A stretch of 64,000 nt of DNA from Styela clava. Taxonomy: Eukaryota. Location of the stretch: assembly GCF_964204865.1 (NCBI RefSeq), contig NC_135250.1:17670001-17734000 (forward strand), given 5' to 3'. Positions 13,030-25,700 of this stretch are shown here, piece after piece. A program made the position numbers and the translations under genes. How positions within the stretch are numbered: the first letter of the stretch is position 1; every line of letters starts with the position of its first letter. Under the pieces are notes generated by a model. That model had not been told where the DNA came from and searched no databases. It was given only the letters and a program-made list of their open reading frames with translations.

Positions 13030-13375
13030 GGCGCGGCGGTGTGGCTCAACGGGCTAAGCGTTAGGAATACGCTCGCAACCGCACCTCTAATTACTTTGCG
13101 TGGGTTCGCAGGTTCGAATCCCATGCAGGGATGGTTATGTGCGAGAGGATTGCTGGACTCCTCGCCGTCGTTGGGTGGTTCACGTAACCGCTGGTCGGTT
13201 ACGGCTTCCTCCACCACCAAGTCCATGCTTCCGAAAACAAACAATACAGTAAAACTAATCCCATACCCGACTTGGAATGGTAACCGGACGAGAGGCCGTG
13301 GTTCGCCATATGGATAAGCCGTCTTATCGGCTTTCCTCTCCCCCGGGATAAATATGTAAATCCTATCCTATCCTA
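13030..13375 (+). mobile_element. tRNA-derived SINE, full-length copy 1
   Basis: Pol III A box TGGCTCAACGGG, B box GGTTCGAATCCC, unique body and (TCCTA)3 tail; highly similar to 16811-17160. Confidence 0.9.
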
Positions 13376-13787
13376 ATATAAATTGACTGATGGGTGATGC
13401 TTTATTTCAGAAATCAAAATTAGCTTACACCATATCAATGAAAATATTTTTGGTGGAGCAACTAAAACTGTCCGCACAAAAAGAAATGTGGTGAGCGATA
13501 CCACCCTGAAATTGTGACGTCTGTATGAAAAACATAAATTAAACACACAAATTTTAACTTCAATTAATTAATGTTTTATGGTGGAGTTCTACTGAACTTG
13601 ATGATTTTTTCCCAAACTCAATCTGTCATTGTATACGAAGTCAGCTGCTGCATATTACAACATAAGAGGCGTTTTACGTTTGCCATGATATTTCATTTTG
13701 CTTGATTTCAGGCTGGTACTAATAACTTTTTTCACATAAATTGGATACCTATTATTGCTATTATCTAAACATGGCTTCAACATACAG

Positions 13788-13813
<26 letters not shown>
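13788..13813. repeat. (TA)n microsatellite
   Basis: About 12 TA units. Confidence 0.9.
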
Positions 13814-13818
<5 letters not shown>

Positions 13819-15557
13819 AGATGTGCCAAAGAGTTTTGAATTATTTTGTCGAGTGTTTTTAAATTATTGATTTAATTGATTTTGATTATTGATCCCGAAC
13901 GTGGTACACATACTACGTTCCGGTGTCCTCATCTCTTGATACTTCAGGAGTACGGAAACTTGACTGTAATCACATATATCTTAATCTTCGTTCTAGCTGC
14001 TGTGTTTCTTCAATTGTTTTCGTATTCCATGAGTCATATTGTCCATCTTGTTGTTATTATTTTGGCTGCAGTACTTTGCGTATACATTTGCTCAAATTTT
14101 TCGAATACTTTCTCAGGTAGTGTTGTTACAACTTGACATTCAGTTACATTGTTTAATAGGTATTCGCTCATGAATGATTTGAAAATATTTTTCTTTTATA
14201 TCAAGTGTCGGATGTTCAATGATGTGATGATGGAAATAAATTTCAGCTGCTTGCATTTGTTGAAATAGCCTTTGTATAATCATTGACTCTTAAACAAGTT
14301 ATTTATAGATTGGTTTGATTAATTTCTTGAGCAGAGCCTTGTGTTTATGGGTTGCAGTGTTAACAGAAATTGCTGCTCTACCTATGGATTCCAGATTGTT
14401 GTCACATTCAGAAAAGCTACAGTGCGCAAATCACTGGCGTTTCGTTTGACGCCGTTGAATTCTTTCTCATAATCAGCACGGCAAATTTTTTACGTTTACT
14501 AATTTTATCTCTTATGAAGTTCAAGATCTGAACTTAATTCAAAGTTTAATTTACTGGTATATTCATTTATAGGGTAAAAAATAAGGACACATGTCAAAAT
14601 AAAGATGTTTCTTAGAAATAAGGACAAAAATATAGATAAAATATAGGCCCTGATTATAGGTCAAGTGGACAAAAAACTTCTGTAAAAGCTACAATACTTG
14701 AGATGGAGTGAGACCAAAAGGCTGTGCTACTAAGCGTTTTTTTTTTATACAAGGTGCAAATTATTCATTTTCGTCACCACTTTACCTACATCTGACTGAC
14801 ATTTTTGCAATGCATCGCATTTTTGATGCCTTGCTTTCTTTCGACAAGGAAGTTGTCACATCATCCTGGTCATTTGCAGGACAGACTGTGTCTACATTTT
14901 CACAATTATTTGTTCATTTTTATCAAATTCTCCACGTCCTTCAGCAAATATTTCGATCAGTCATCAATGAACAGGGCGAGTTTGCGAGCTGTGATGGAGG
15001 GAGGAGCGTCGTCGTCGTTAAGCATCTTGTCAGAACTAAATTGACCGTGACGCCCGCCACTTGGGGGTGCAACATCGCCTTTGTTTGTTTATTATACGGC
15101 GAGCGGAGTTGGACATCTAGTAGTAGTATATATTTACGGTTTAATAGAGAATAAGACAGATCATTCACAGCATCAACTTCTAAACTCCAGTGGTGGCATT
15201 ATCGTAGACTTCACAGCCAATGTTACGACATAAATATTTTGTTTGATTCATAAAAAGTGAGGTCGTTTTAGAGCCACAAAAAATTAAATCTCGTTCCGCA
15301 TTTGGCCCGCTGGCCGCAGTTTGTCGACACTTTTCTAAAGGAAAAACATTGACAAAAATGAACATTAGCGAATGACAATAACAAAAGTAAATGGGTATAA
15401 AGTAGGATACTCTTAATAATTGGTCCAGTAGTTGAGAAAAAAGCGATTTTTTCATAACAATGAGAACAAAAATTCCAACAACAACAACATAATACCAAAA
15501 CGACCTCGTTCTCATCGAAGCATGTTCACATACCGCACTAATTGTTATAGTTATCTG

Positions 15558-15808
15558 CAGTGGCGTATCTACATAAAATTGCGTCCATGGCAAAATTTGA
15601 AGATGCGCCCACTTGATAGTTAGCTGACAATTTTATAATAACTGTTGTTGAAATGAGATACTTATACGTTAGAATTTAAGTAAATATGAGAGATTACGTT
15701 GTTTTCAATTTGAATTTATTTTATTGAAACATTTTACGATTAAAACTTCGCCGTTTTTGCGCCCCTGTCGAAACGGCGCCCATGGCACGAGCCATAGCTG
15801 CCACACTG
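15558..15808. mobile_element. hAT-type MITE
   Basis: CAGTG...CACTG termini with a perfect 8-bp TSD gttatctg (15550-15557 and 15809-15816). Confidence 0.8.
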
Positions 15809-16328
15809 GTTATCTGCAGACTGCCTTAGATGATTCTCATTGATATTTTAGCAGTTATTATTGTTATTATTACTTTATATATATATATATAAAAGGCGCC
15901 AAAGTCTCAAATGCTTAGAGGCACTGGAAGGCGCTGCCTGCAGCTTAAAGGCAAATGTGTTGAAAATTGTTTGTGGCGAAATTTATCGCAATATTTAGCA
16001 ATCTTGTCCCACGTAATTATCTTCCCGCGGGATGCCAACCAGCGCAGGGTGCCTCCCTAACGTTCAGCCGGATGCGCCGTACCGCCGAGACCTTAATTTC
16101 CCTAAATACCCCTTAATTCTATTAGGAGGTGTAATCAGTAGTTTACTAGTGTACGAGTGAAGAATCGAAACTACACGACAAGAGTTTATATTGCTTTTTT
16201 TTTTATTTATTTCTCTTGTTATCAAAATCACAAAAAAAACGTCTGCATAATTTGTTTGAAATTCCGATCGGATTATTTTACAACTTTCAAGCAACTTTCA
16301 TTTATCCTCCAATTTTTTTTTCAGATGC

Positions 16329-16405
16329 ACGGACTTGGAAGGAAGCGGTTACGTGAACCACCTACAGAGGCGAGGGGGCCAACAACCCTCTCGCACATAA
16401 TTATC
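16329..16405 (-). mobile_element. Diverged antisense fragment of the same SINE body
   Basis: Reverse complement reads ttatgtgcgagagg...cctcgcc...ggtggttcacgtaaccg...ccaagtcc. Confidence 0.7.
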
Positions 16406-16600
16406 TCCCTCGGAATAAGAGCATATGAACCTTCGCAACACAGGCAATGTAACATTTATGCACGCCGGGTAATCAGAGATGCTCTGACAAGTCAATGAGA
16501 ACCAACGACTGATGAGAACGTCTAAGTTAAATTCTCATTGGGCAATCGAAATCGAAACGCTCCGCACGATGCGCCACAGCGCCCTCATTTGGTATTTTCT

Positions 16601-16614
16601 GTCACTAAGGCTAC
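16601..16614. promoter_or_regulatory. Possible RFX X-box upstream of LRGUK
   Basis: GTCACTAAGGCTAC resembles GTTGCCATGGCAAC and lies about 120 bp before the ATG of a ciliary gene; imperfect match. Confidence 0.3.
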
Positions 16615-16734
16615 GGCGACGCACCGTCTATGAGCGGGTTTTCCTTGTCTCAAGGCACTGAAGTTTGTAAATGTACTTGTAACGTTAAATATTTTTCTGA
16701 GCAGTTGCCTAAGCCTAAATGACGATTGGAAAAT

Positions 16735-19700
16735 ATGAAAAAGAAAAGTGCTAAGTCAAGAAGTAGAACGCCAAGCGCGGAAAAAAAAAGTGAGCATAAA
16801 TTAATATAACGGCGCGGCGGTGTGGCTCAACGGGCTAAGCGTTAGGAATACGCTCGCCACCGCACCTCTAATTACTCTGCGTGGGTTCGCAGGTTCGAAT
16901 CCCATGTAGGGATGGTTATGTGCGAGAGGATTGCTGGACTCCTCGCCGTCGTTGGGTGGTTCACGTAACCGGTGGTCGGTTACGGCTTCCTCCACCACCA
17001 AGTCCATGCTTCCGAAAACAAACAATATACGGTAACTAATCCCATACCCGACTTGGAATGGTAGGTAACCGGACGAGAGGCCATGGTTCGCCATATGGAT
17101 AAGCCGTCTTGTCGGCTTTCCTCTCCCCCGGGATAAATATGTAAATCCTATCCTATCCTAACAGTATAATGCAGTAGGATAGGTACCGGTATGGTATTAC
17201 TAGTAGCCAGTTATTTTGTTTTAGATGCATGGACATGATATCAATATCAAGGATGTTTGTATTGCCTATCATGATGACTAACTATAAAGTCTTTGTGTAT
17301 AAACACAGATAGCCTTACATGATAAAATCTGATCGATTATTGGATTTATCTTGGTTATTTATAATATTCTGAACTTATGTTTAGGAACTCCCGAGGAAAA
17401 CGAACCTCCACCTGAAGATCCTCTTCCTCCTCCTATTGATGCTCAAAAGCTAACTTTGAGTGATCAAGAAGTGTTAGATGTTGATTTAGAACTTACACCA
17501 ACTCGTATTCTTCCTGATGGAACAGTGGAAGGAATTCCATTTGTTCCTGATGATGCTTCGTCAGATGCAGAAGAAGAAGGAGATATGGAAGAGGTGTGCT
17601 GTGGCTATTGTAAATTCTTCATATTAGCTTATTGAGCAATAAAAAGGGTACTCCTGTAGTATGTATACCAGGTTACGATTATGCCATAATTTTATTCTGA
17701 TTTTCCTTACTTTGGTTCTAAAACGAGTTCGGGACTGTCTGTGATAGCCGAGTAAATATACCTCCAGGTGAATATTTTGTTAAGGAACCGGCTGATGGAA
17801 AATTTGAATCCCACCACTGGTCGTAGCCCATCTCTAGGTCACAATAGTGTCAATTATTCCAGTCCCAATAGCCCAAGTATCTTGAAATAGAGGGAAAATA
17901 AAATATAAAAATAGTAATGAGTATTCTTTATTTTGTTTATTCGATCCTGGGTAATCTGTAAACTATAAGCGATCAGCGATCTCATAAGATTATTATCGAT
18001 GGTTGATCGATTGCCGGCTTTTTGTTGTAGTTCATTTCCTTTGAGTGTATATCAATACTTATTTCAGGGAGGTGCTCAAACTCTGAACCATAAAATGATG
18101 TCAAAAGCTTTATCAAACTTAACTTGTTCTGCTGATGGAAGTAAAATCACTTTTCTCAATCTTTCACTTCCTGTGAGTTGACAAATTTTTTATTTATAAC
18201 ATTATTCAAACAGATTTTTGTATTTTTTGCATTCTTTATTGTTTGCTGTTTCACAAACTTAATAACAGTTTGGGATTCTTTAATTTAAATCAGCAATGAC
18301 GGCATGAGAATGTGTCCCTCTGTATTTTTACCCCCTGAATTACCTGGGGCTTTTTTGTCTCTCTACTCGAACCTGCAACACCAGAATCTTGATCTAAATC
18401 ACTTTCATTGCCTGATTGAAAAGAAATGCTATCTTTTTATTGAATTTTATTTAAATCAGTTACCATAGCCATCATTTGATACAATAAGTATGTTTCTAGA
18501 CATGATTATGTCACTTTTTGTACAAATATTTGCAAAATTTACTGAAAACATGTTTGCAGGAACTCACATGAAAATTCCCATTAAGACCTCGACGCTGCTA
18601 CCAAGCTGGAAATTCCCTGGAAGTTTTGTTAATGTGGGCTCTATTAATAGAAAAAATTATCGCCATTAAACTTGTGCTTATATCGGCAATCGCTGCCTAC
18701 AGCAGAACGTATACACAAAATGTATACCGTTGATATATTTTATTCTGTTAACCATTCTTCTTCTTTTTTTTCACAGGGTTTTGGAATTCGTGATGTTTCC
18801 ATTCTTAAAGAATATATTCACTTACAGAAGGTTGAACTACAATATAATAACATCAGTGATCTTTCTCCTTTGAGTGCCATTAAATATTTGATTGAACTTG
18901 ATGTTTCTCACAATGAAATTGAAAATTTGTTAGACTTTGAACCTCCTTTCAATTTGAGGGTAAATATACTTATAGTTTTTTACATTAGATTTGTCTGTGT
19001 TTTATATTTAACAATTTTTAATGTGTGGTCGTGAATTTTCCGAAAAATGACCAGTTAGGAAAAATAAATAGCAGTGGTAGTGAAGTATGATCTAGAGCCG
19101 GGGTGGGCACTGTTTTTAACCAGGGGCCAAAAATTCTTCCCACTCAGACTGGCGGGCCATGTAAGTGTGACGTAGAAAGTTACACATGACAATACATGAC
19201 AAGCACACCGAGTGAAAGAAAAAGGTGTGGAAATCACTCCGTCGAATTGAGTGAGCGAGAAAACGCAAAGTTTTGTTAACGTCCCCCTAACATGAAAGTC
19301 TGTGACCCTCCAAAATACTTACCGGTACATAGGATACGATCAGAATTTAAAAGGCCTCATGCATGGCAAGATTGAATCAGCCAGTGGGCCGGATTTGGCC
19401 CACGGGACATAGTTTGCCCGTGTCAGATCTAGAGTGTCCTAACAGTATCCAGTATCAATATTATTATTATTTAAAATTTTCAGGTTGCAAATTTCTCGCA
19501 CAATGAAATCTCTGAAATACCCGATATATCTCAATTCCCATTCATACAAACTCTCAACCTTGATCACAATCACATTACATGCATCAAAGGACTTGAAAAA
19601 TGCAAATCTCTTCAAACGCTGTGTCTTGCTTACAACAGAATTGAAAACATCTCGGGGCTGGATAATCTGAAGATATCATTCTTGTCTTTGGTAAGATCTG

Positions 19701-22700
19701 TACATTATGACATATGTCGATTTTGTTTATGAATATAACACATTCTGTTAAAACAACCTGGTGGCAATACATATAGGTATTGTAAATACTATGTAAAAGT
19801 AAAATGTAATTGGTTGCTTTAAGTTTAAACTAGCCTGTAAAATTTAAATTCAAGCTTCCATATTTTGAAATATTCACAACTCACTTTTTTCAATATATAT
19901 TGTTCACTTTTATCTCTGCTATTTATTTAAAGTAGATTTTGGTTCAATAATAATTCTCAATATGGCGTATGTTCAGTCGTGTCCAGAAAATTAGCCACAG
20001 GAAATTTCGCTATAGGAAATCTCGCCGCAGGGAGTATTCTTTAATATAAATGACGGCTATGTGTCATAGGCTTTTGAAAATGTTACCATATGGTTTTTGT
20101 AAACCAATCTCTTATTTTTAGGGCCATAATTCTATTCTTGAAATCTCTGGCATTGAGACATTGAAAAGGTTGCAAGCAATAGATTTATCAGGAAATCGAA
20201 TTGCAAGTTTATCAGGTTTGGAAAATCACGATCTCTTATCAGATATTGATCTTGAAGACAACCAGATTGGAAATATTGATGAAATTGAACATATCACAAA
20301 ACTGGAGTTGCTAAGGAAATTGAATCTAATGAGAAATCCAATTGGGGTAAGTCTGCTGTTATTTCCACTCCCTCTTCTTGGCTGAACTTTTAGACAAAAC
20401 ATAATTTACACAAAGCAAAGAAATCTGAAATCTTTTCAGTTCAATATTGCTGCTTTATATATTCAGCATAAGCATAGATTGGTTATTAGCAGTGTTTAAA
20501 CGAAATGATTTGAATCTACTAACCACCTGAAAGAATTTGACTTGAAACTCAAAAATCTTTTTGACCAAGTATTCGAAATAGCAAAAAAATTCCAGATGAT
20601 TTGAAAAAATAGAAAATTTATTCGCTTTTTGCAACATTAATAAATGTTAATTAATAGTGTCTGTTTCCAATTCATCTTGGTTTGGTTTTAAAATATCGTA
20701 ATGTTAAAAATTTCCAGTCTTATTTCAATGTAACTCCATGTCCATGTTTATTAAATCATTTATGACTTGTGGTAGACTTGTGACTCAAAACATCAGCAAC
20801 TTATCTTGGCTCTGGAAAGCAGCTGGTCACAACTCTGGAGTCGAACTATGAAATTTGCTAGGACCTGTATTTTAATTAAGATTCTGGATGACTCAGGGCT
20901 TAGCGACTTGTACCAAACAATACCAAGGACTTAACTGTCATAGTCTTATTCCATATTATGTGGACTGAAGCACGGAACACATATTATTATTTTTAGGGAT
21001 CAACAACTATTGGACTCATTAGTAAAGCACATTTCCCCATTTCCTATGGCTGAAGAACAGAGATTCAATTTTTTTTTTAAATCTGTGTGATATAATCGGT
21101 CTACACCTCTCAGTCGTAACAAAAACAAAATTAAAGATGCCAAAATTTGAATGGATAGATTTTGAGAACTCCTGCTATTCATTTTGATTTTGCTCAAACA
21201 TTGAAAATGAGTAATTCAGATTATACTAATTCTGAATAATAATAATTTCAATTTCGTTTAAAACTGAATTATCTGAGCATCCTCATTTAAAAAATTAAAT
21301 ATCTGCTCAATGGTAATTTACATCTATGTTCGTGACTCCAGACTCTGGAAGAATATCGTCTTCACGTTCTATTCCGAGTACCTCAACTCGTTGAATTGGA
21401 TCATTATCATGTTAAAGTTGAAGAAAAAATTTCTGCCGTCAATTTATTTGATTCACCACCTGAATTACAAGCTACGTTAGATCACATCACTCACACTGTT
21501 TACAATTTTCTCCAACCAAAGAAAATATATGAATGGTATGAGATGTATTGTTATGATTTGGTTTATTTTCCTGCTGTAAACAAGAGGTTAATGTTGCGTA
21601 ATAGTTGACTGCAGCAGACTTGAACTCAAGAGGTTGAACTTGCGACTCTGAGATAGATAGGCCAATCTTTAAGTGAATATACAAAGAGGAATTATAAATG
21701 ATAGCAAAGAACTCAGCGGCTCAGCAGCAATATTATGTTTATTATTAAAATAATATTTGCAAATGGTTTAGATGCCCCACATTTAGAAAATCTATTTAAA
21801 ATCAAATTACTTCCTTGGTTATTCAAATATCATGATAACAGGTATATTCATTTTTGATAATATTTTCATCAAATTTTCAAATATTTGTCTCTAGACATCA
21901 CCATACTCACATGTAGCTTAATTACTTTAATTTTTTACCTTTCATTACAAATTTTTTTTCTATTTTGAGATGGCTGTTTTCAGTCAATATTTCTTCTCAA
22001 AGCACAAAAAATCAATGTTCCATAAACAGCATCAAATTTGTTATGATTACTAAAGAATACCGAAGCATAAAACCAAAATCTTGAAATATGTTTTATTCTT
22101 GTCTTTTTCTAGCACGCTGCCAAATATTACCATGCCTTATCCAATGCTTGTACTGACCGGTCCTCAAGCATCTGGAAAAAGTGAATTATGTCACAGACTT
22201 GTGCAAGAATTTCCAGATTTCTTTGGATATGGAATATCACACACGACAAGAGTTGCTGGACAAAATGAAATGGATGGGAAAGATTATTATTTTATTAGCA
22301 AGGATGAGTTTCATAATCTTGTGAGGTGACCTACTAGTTATGTGATGTTACGTTTATCGAAGAATGCATAGAATTCAATGTATATTTAATGAGCTTGAAA
22401 TTGGGAATGCATCTGAGTTAAGATGAAAATAATTAGCTTCTTTATTGGCATTGAATAATTATTTGAAATAATTGATAAGTTTCAATTGTTCATTGTGAAT
22501 TTGATCCTTTTTTGCCCGCCTCTTGGATCTGATGACTGTAAAAAGTATTTTAGCTTGATTTCTTTCTTATTCCAGGCAAGGGTGTTTCATACAAACATGT
22601 AAAATAGGAGATGCTTATTATGGTTTATCTATGGATGCAATTGAGAATGTTGCGAAAGAAGGACTAGCTTGTGTAGTTCATATGGAAATTGAGGTATGGT

Positions 22701-25700
22701 ATTAACCATAAATAATATGAAAACGATTGTTTGCATTTCTGAATATACCTTTGAGTGATGGCTCGAAGGTTATTGTGTTAGTTTGTCATGAGTTCAAGCG
22801 CCATACCCACCATCCTAGCCAAAGTAGAAAGCTGTCATCGACTATCTTCTTCTTTGTGAAAATTTCGAATTCTTTTCCTTTTTCAGGGTGTTCGTACTCT
22901 TAAAAATACTCATTTCGAACCAAGATATGTCTTGATTATGCCGTTTGACCCAGATGTACACGAACAAAAATTGATGGAAAATGGAAATGTTACAGAAGTA
23001 GAGATTCAACAAATTTCAAAATCTCGGGCTAATATGTATAAAGATATAAATCAGGATAATCCTGGATATTTTGACATGACAATAAATGGAGGTATATTGT
23101 CTGATTGTTCTTCATTTGCAATTATTATATAAATGTATATTTTTAAATGATATCCTGCCTGTTCTAATTACTATTTTTATTATTTCAACTAGAAATTTTT
23201 AAATTAAACACAATTACATATTGCAATAATGTGATGATCGTTTATATTGAATTCAACTTTGAACAAACTTTTACGATTCTGTTTGATATGTGTCATATTA
23301 ATAAAAGCTATCGACCTTTTCATGAGATTATATAGGTTTATTGATTACCCTTTATATGTACTTGTTACTGCACAAAAAGTATGTGTTACAGCGTTACTGC
23401 ACAAAAAGTATGTGTTACAGCATGTCAACCTGCTTAACTTGGAGGTGTTTTGGTCTGAACATATATAGAAAAATACTCTGTCTTTTTTATAATTTCATAT
23501 GAAGAACTTGATAACTGTAATCTTGCCATAGTATTCAATTTGCATCAATAAAAGTCTGATTTGACCTTACATTTTGACATAATTGAATCTTCTCTCACAC
23601 AGATAAACTAGCAGAAGCATATGACAGACTACGACAACTAGTCATGGACTATCTTGGGATGTCTGAAGCTACAGATTTCTTGACACCAACAAACCAACCT
23701 ACTCAGTTATCTACAACAGCTCTTAAAGATGACACAAGTATTTTGAGTGTTTCCATCCTTCAATTCCATATTCTAATAAAATCTAATATTAATAATGGAT
23801 ATTAAACTTACTGATAAATATTACTACTCATTACGAAGGAGGCCATTCGAATAGAGACTTTATGAATATCTCAGTACCTAACTGACTCTTTACCATCACC
23901 CGCAATGATTAGGTGAGGATGTGTATAAAATAGACATGTGTTTTTATATAGGGTTTTTCAAAGCAACCTCAACAAAAACAGGGTGATTGCTAAAGAAGCA
24001 GAAAATTTGAAGGTCAGATAAGATCACAAATAAAATGGGTGCTTAGTCATTTCTTTTTCGACATGTTTATATTCCTTCCAGGTTCTAGGTTGTTTAAGGT
24101 TGATACCTTTTAGGTTGTATTTGATTTCTATTGTGACACCCACATCATGGAAGAAGGCAGGAAACAACTTTGTGAAGTTATTTTTTGTAAAAAGAAATGA
24201 ATGTTTGACAAATGTTCTGTTTTCTAGCGACCACCCTGTATATTTACATTAAAGCTGACTCTGTTGGTCAGTGTTGCAATTTTTCAACACCTTCTTCATC
24301 ACGATACTGACCGGGTAAAGTTTGATTTCTTCAAAAAATAAGGTTGCTGCTTACAGAATGTGAATGCTTGTATAGAACCTTGTCCTGTGTGACAACGCAT
24401 CATAAAAAGTAGTTGATAATGGTGCAATTATTGCCTTTTCAGCGACCCAGCATACAAATACATCAGGTAACATGAGAAGAACTTGGTCTCGTCCTTCTTT
24501 TATTGTTGATTCAACTGCTGGAAGTAATGATGCATTGTCATCCAAACAAGCTACCAAATCAGTGAAGACACCTGTGGTTGGTTCTTAAATTAATTTTTCT
24601 AATTTGGTACATAGAACACTCAGAAGTTGTTTTGGAATGGTTGTCGATACATGGCTATCACATTTCAGTGGGATACCTACCGTACATTATATTAGCAGCA
24701 AATCATTGCAGCTTTTAATGAAGATGATATAACAAAAGGTTGCTTATAGTCATCCAACAATAACAGCATGTAGAAAATAATACTTTTGCCAGTAATATTA
24801 ACAATACTTATATTATCATCATCATTCCTTTCCTCTCCCCCGGGATAAATTTGTAAATACTATCTTATATCATGTTCTGTTAAGCTTAATTAATGATAAT
24901 AGTAATTGTCTGTTTTAAATTCAAACAGAAATAATGTTCCAATCCATTCCATTTATGTTTTCAGAGATCATTTAAATATGAAATAAAAGATTTTGTAATT
25001 CTAAAATACCATTATTTTTATTAATGATTTCTGTTAAAAACAGGAAGAAGCATCGATTAGAAGAAGAGAGAGTGCTGCAAAAGAAGCGATTGAAGGCACA
25101 CCTTACGGTGGTCATTTTGATTATTTCCCCAGGTAAGTGAAAAGTGTTTTTACTTATTCTAATCCATAACGTCTAATTCCTGTTTTTGTAGTGGTTAGAG
25201 CGTTGGATCACAGATTAAAGACCTCAGTTCCAATCTCCCCGCTGACCCAGAGTGCAATAAACTGGGTTGCTATTTTGGGACTAGTTTTGAAATCCCAGGG
25301 TCAGGATTTCCGAGTCATGTGATTAATTATAAAACTGACGCAAAAACATGTGAGCATCGAGAGTATCATCATTAGGACGATTTCTGATTTTGCTGGCCTA
25401 CACTTGACCAAATCTCAACATCATGCGTTACTTAATACAACAGGAGTAAATGAAATTTTCCAACATGTGGAGAGCAGAGACGTGTCGCCTTTTTTTTTTT
25501 CAAAGCGTTGCATTTGAGCTAAACTCGAAGGCAATCCACAGCTCTCGATGTCCATCTGTTGGGAGATTCTTGTAGTCTACGAATTTCTGAGTGTGAGGGT
25601 ATTTTTACAGAGTCTGTGCGACATGTGTTTTATCGGTTACATGGTAGTTTAAACATTCGGAACTTGGCCAATTTTTCGGAGGATGGCAGTGTTTCTGGTG

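Noticed and set aside
13030-13130. tRNA gene (also at 16811)
   Set aside because: A and B boxes are present but there is no proper acceptor stem or cloverleaf, and it continues into a repeated body with a tandem tail. It is a SINE head.
12982-13317. ORFs overlapping SINE copies (also 13008-13244, 16801-17094, 40403-40615)
   Set aside because: Chance frames in GC-rich repeat copies; their similarity reflects the repeat.
13600-15000. Decayed minus-strand coding region, and plus-strand hydrophobic ORFs (13876, 14708)
   Set aside because: Many stops in all frames and no recognisable domain or splice chain; possibly an old TE relic, but unsupported.
16508-16560. Hammerhead-like CTGATGA...GAAA
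   Set aside because: No convincing stem II closed next to GAAA and no stem I/III with a UH site.
23952-24012. Extra LRGUK exon
   Set aside because: Phase is incompatible with the preceding exon (gives a stop), it lies in a mariner-like MITE, and the flanking exons join in frame without it.
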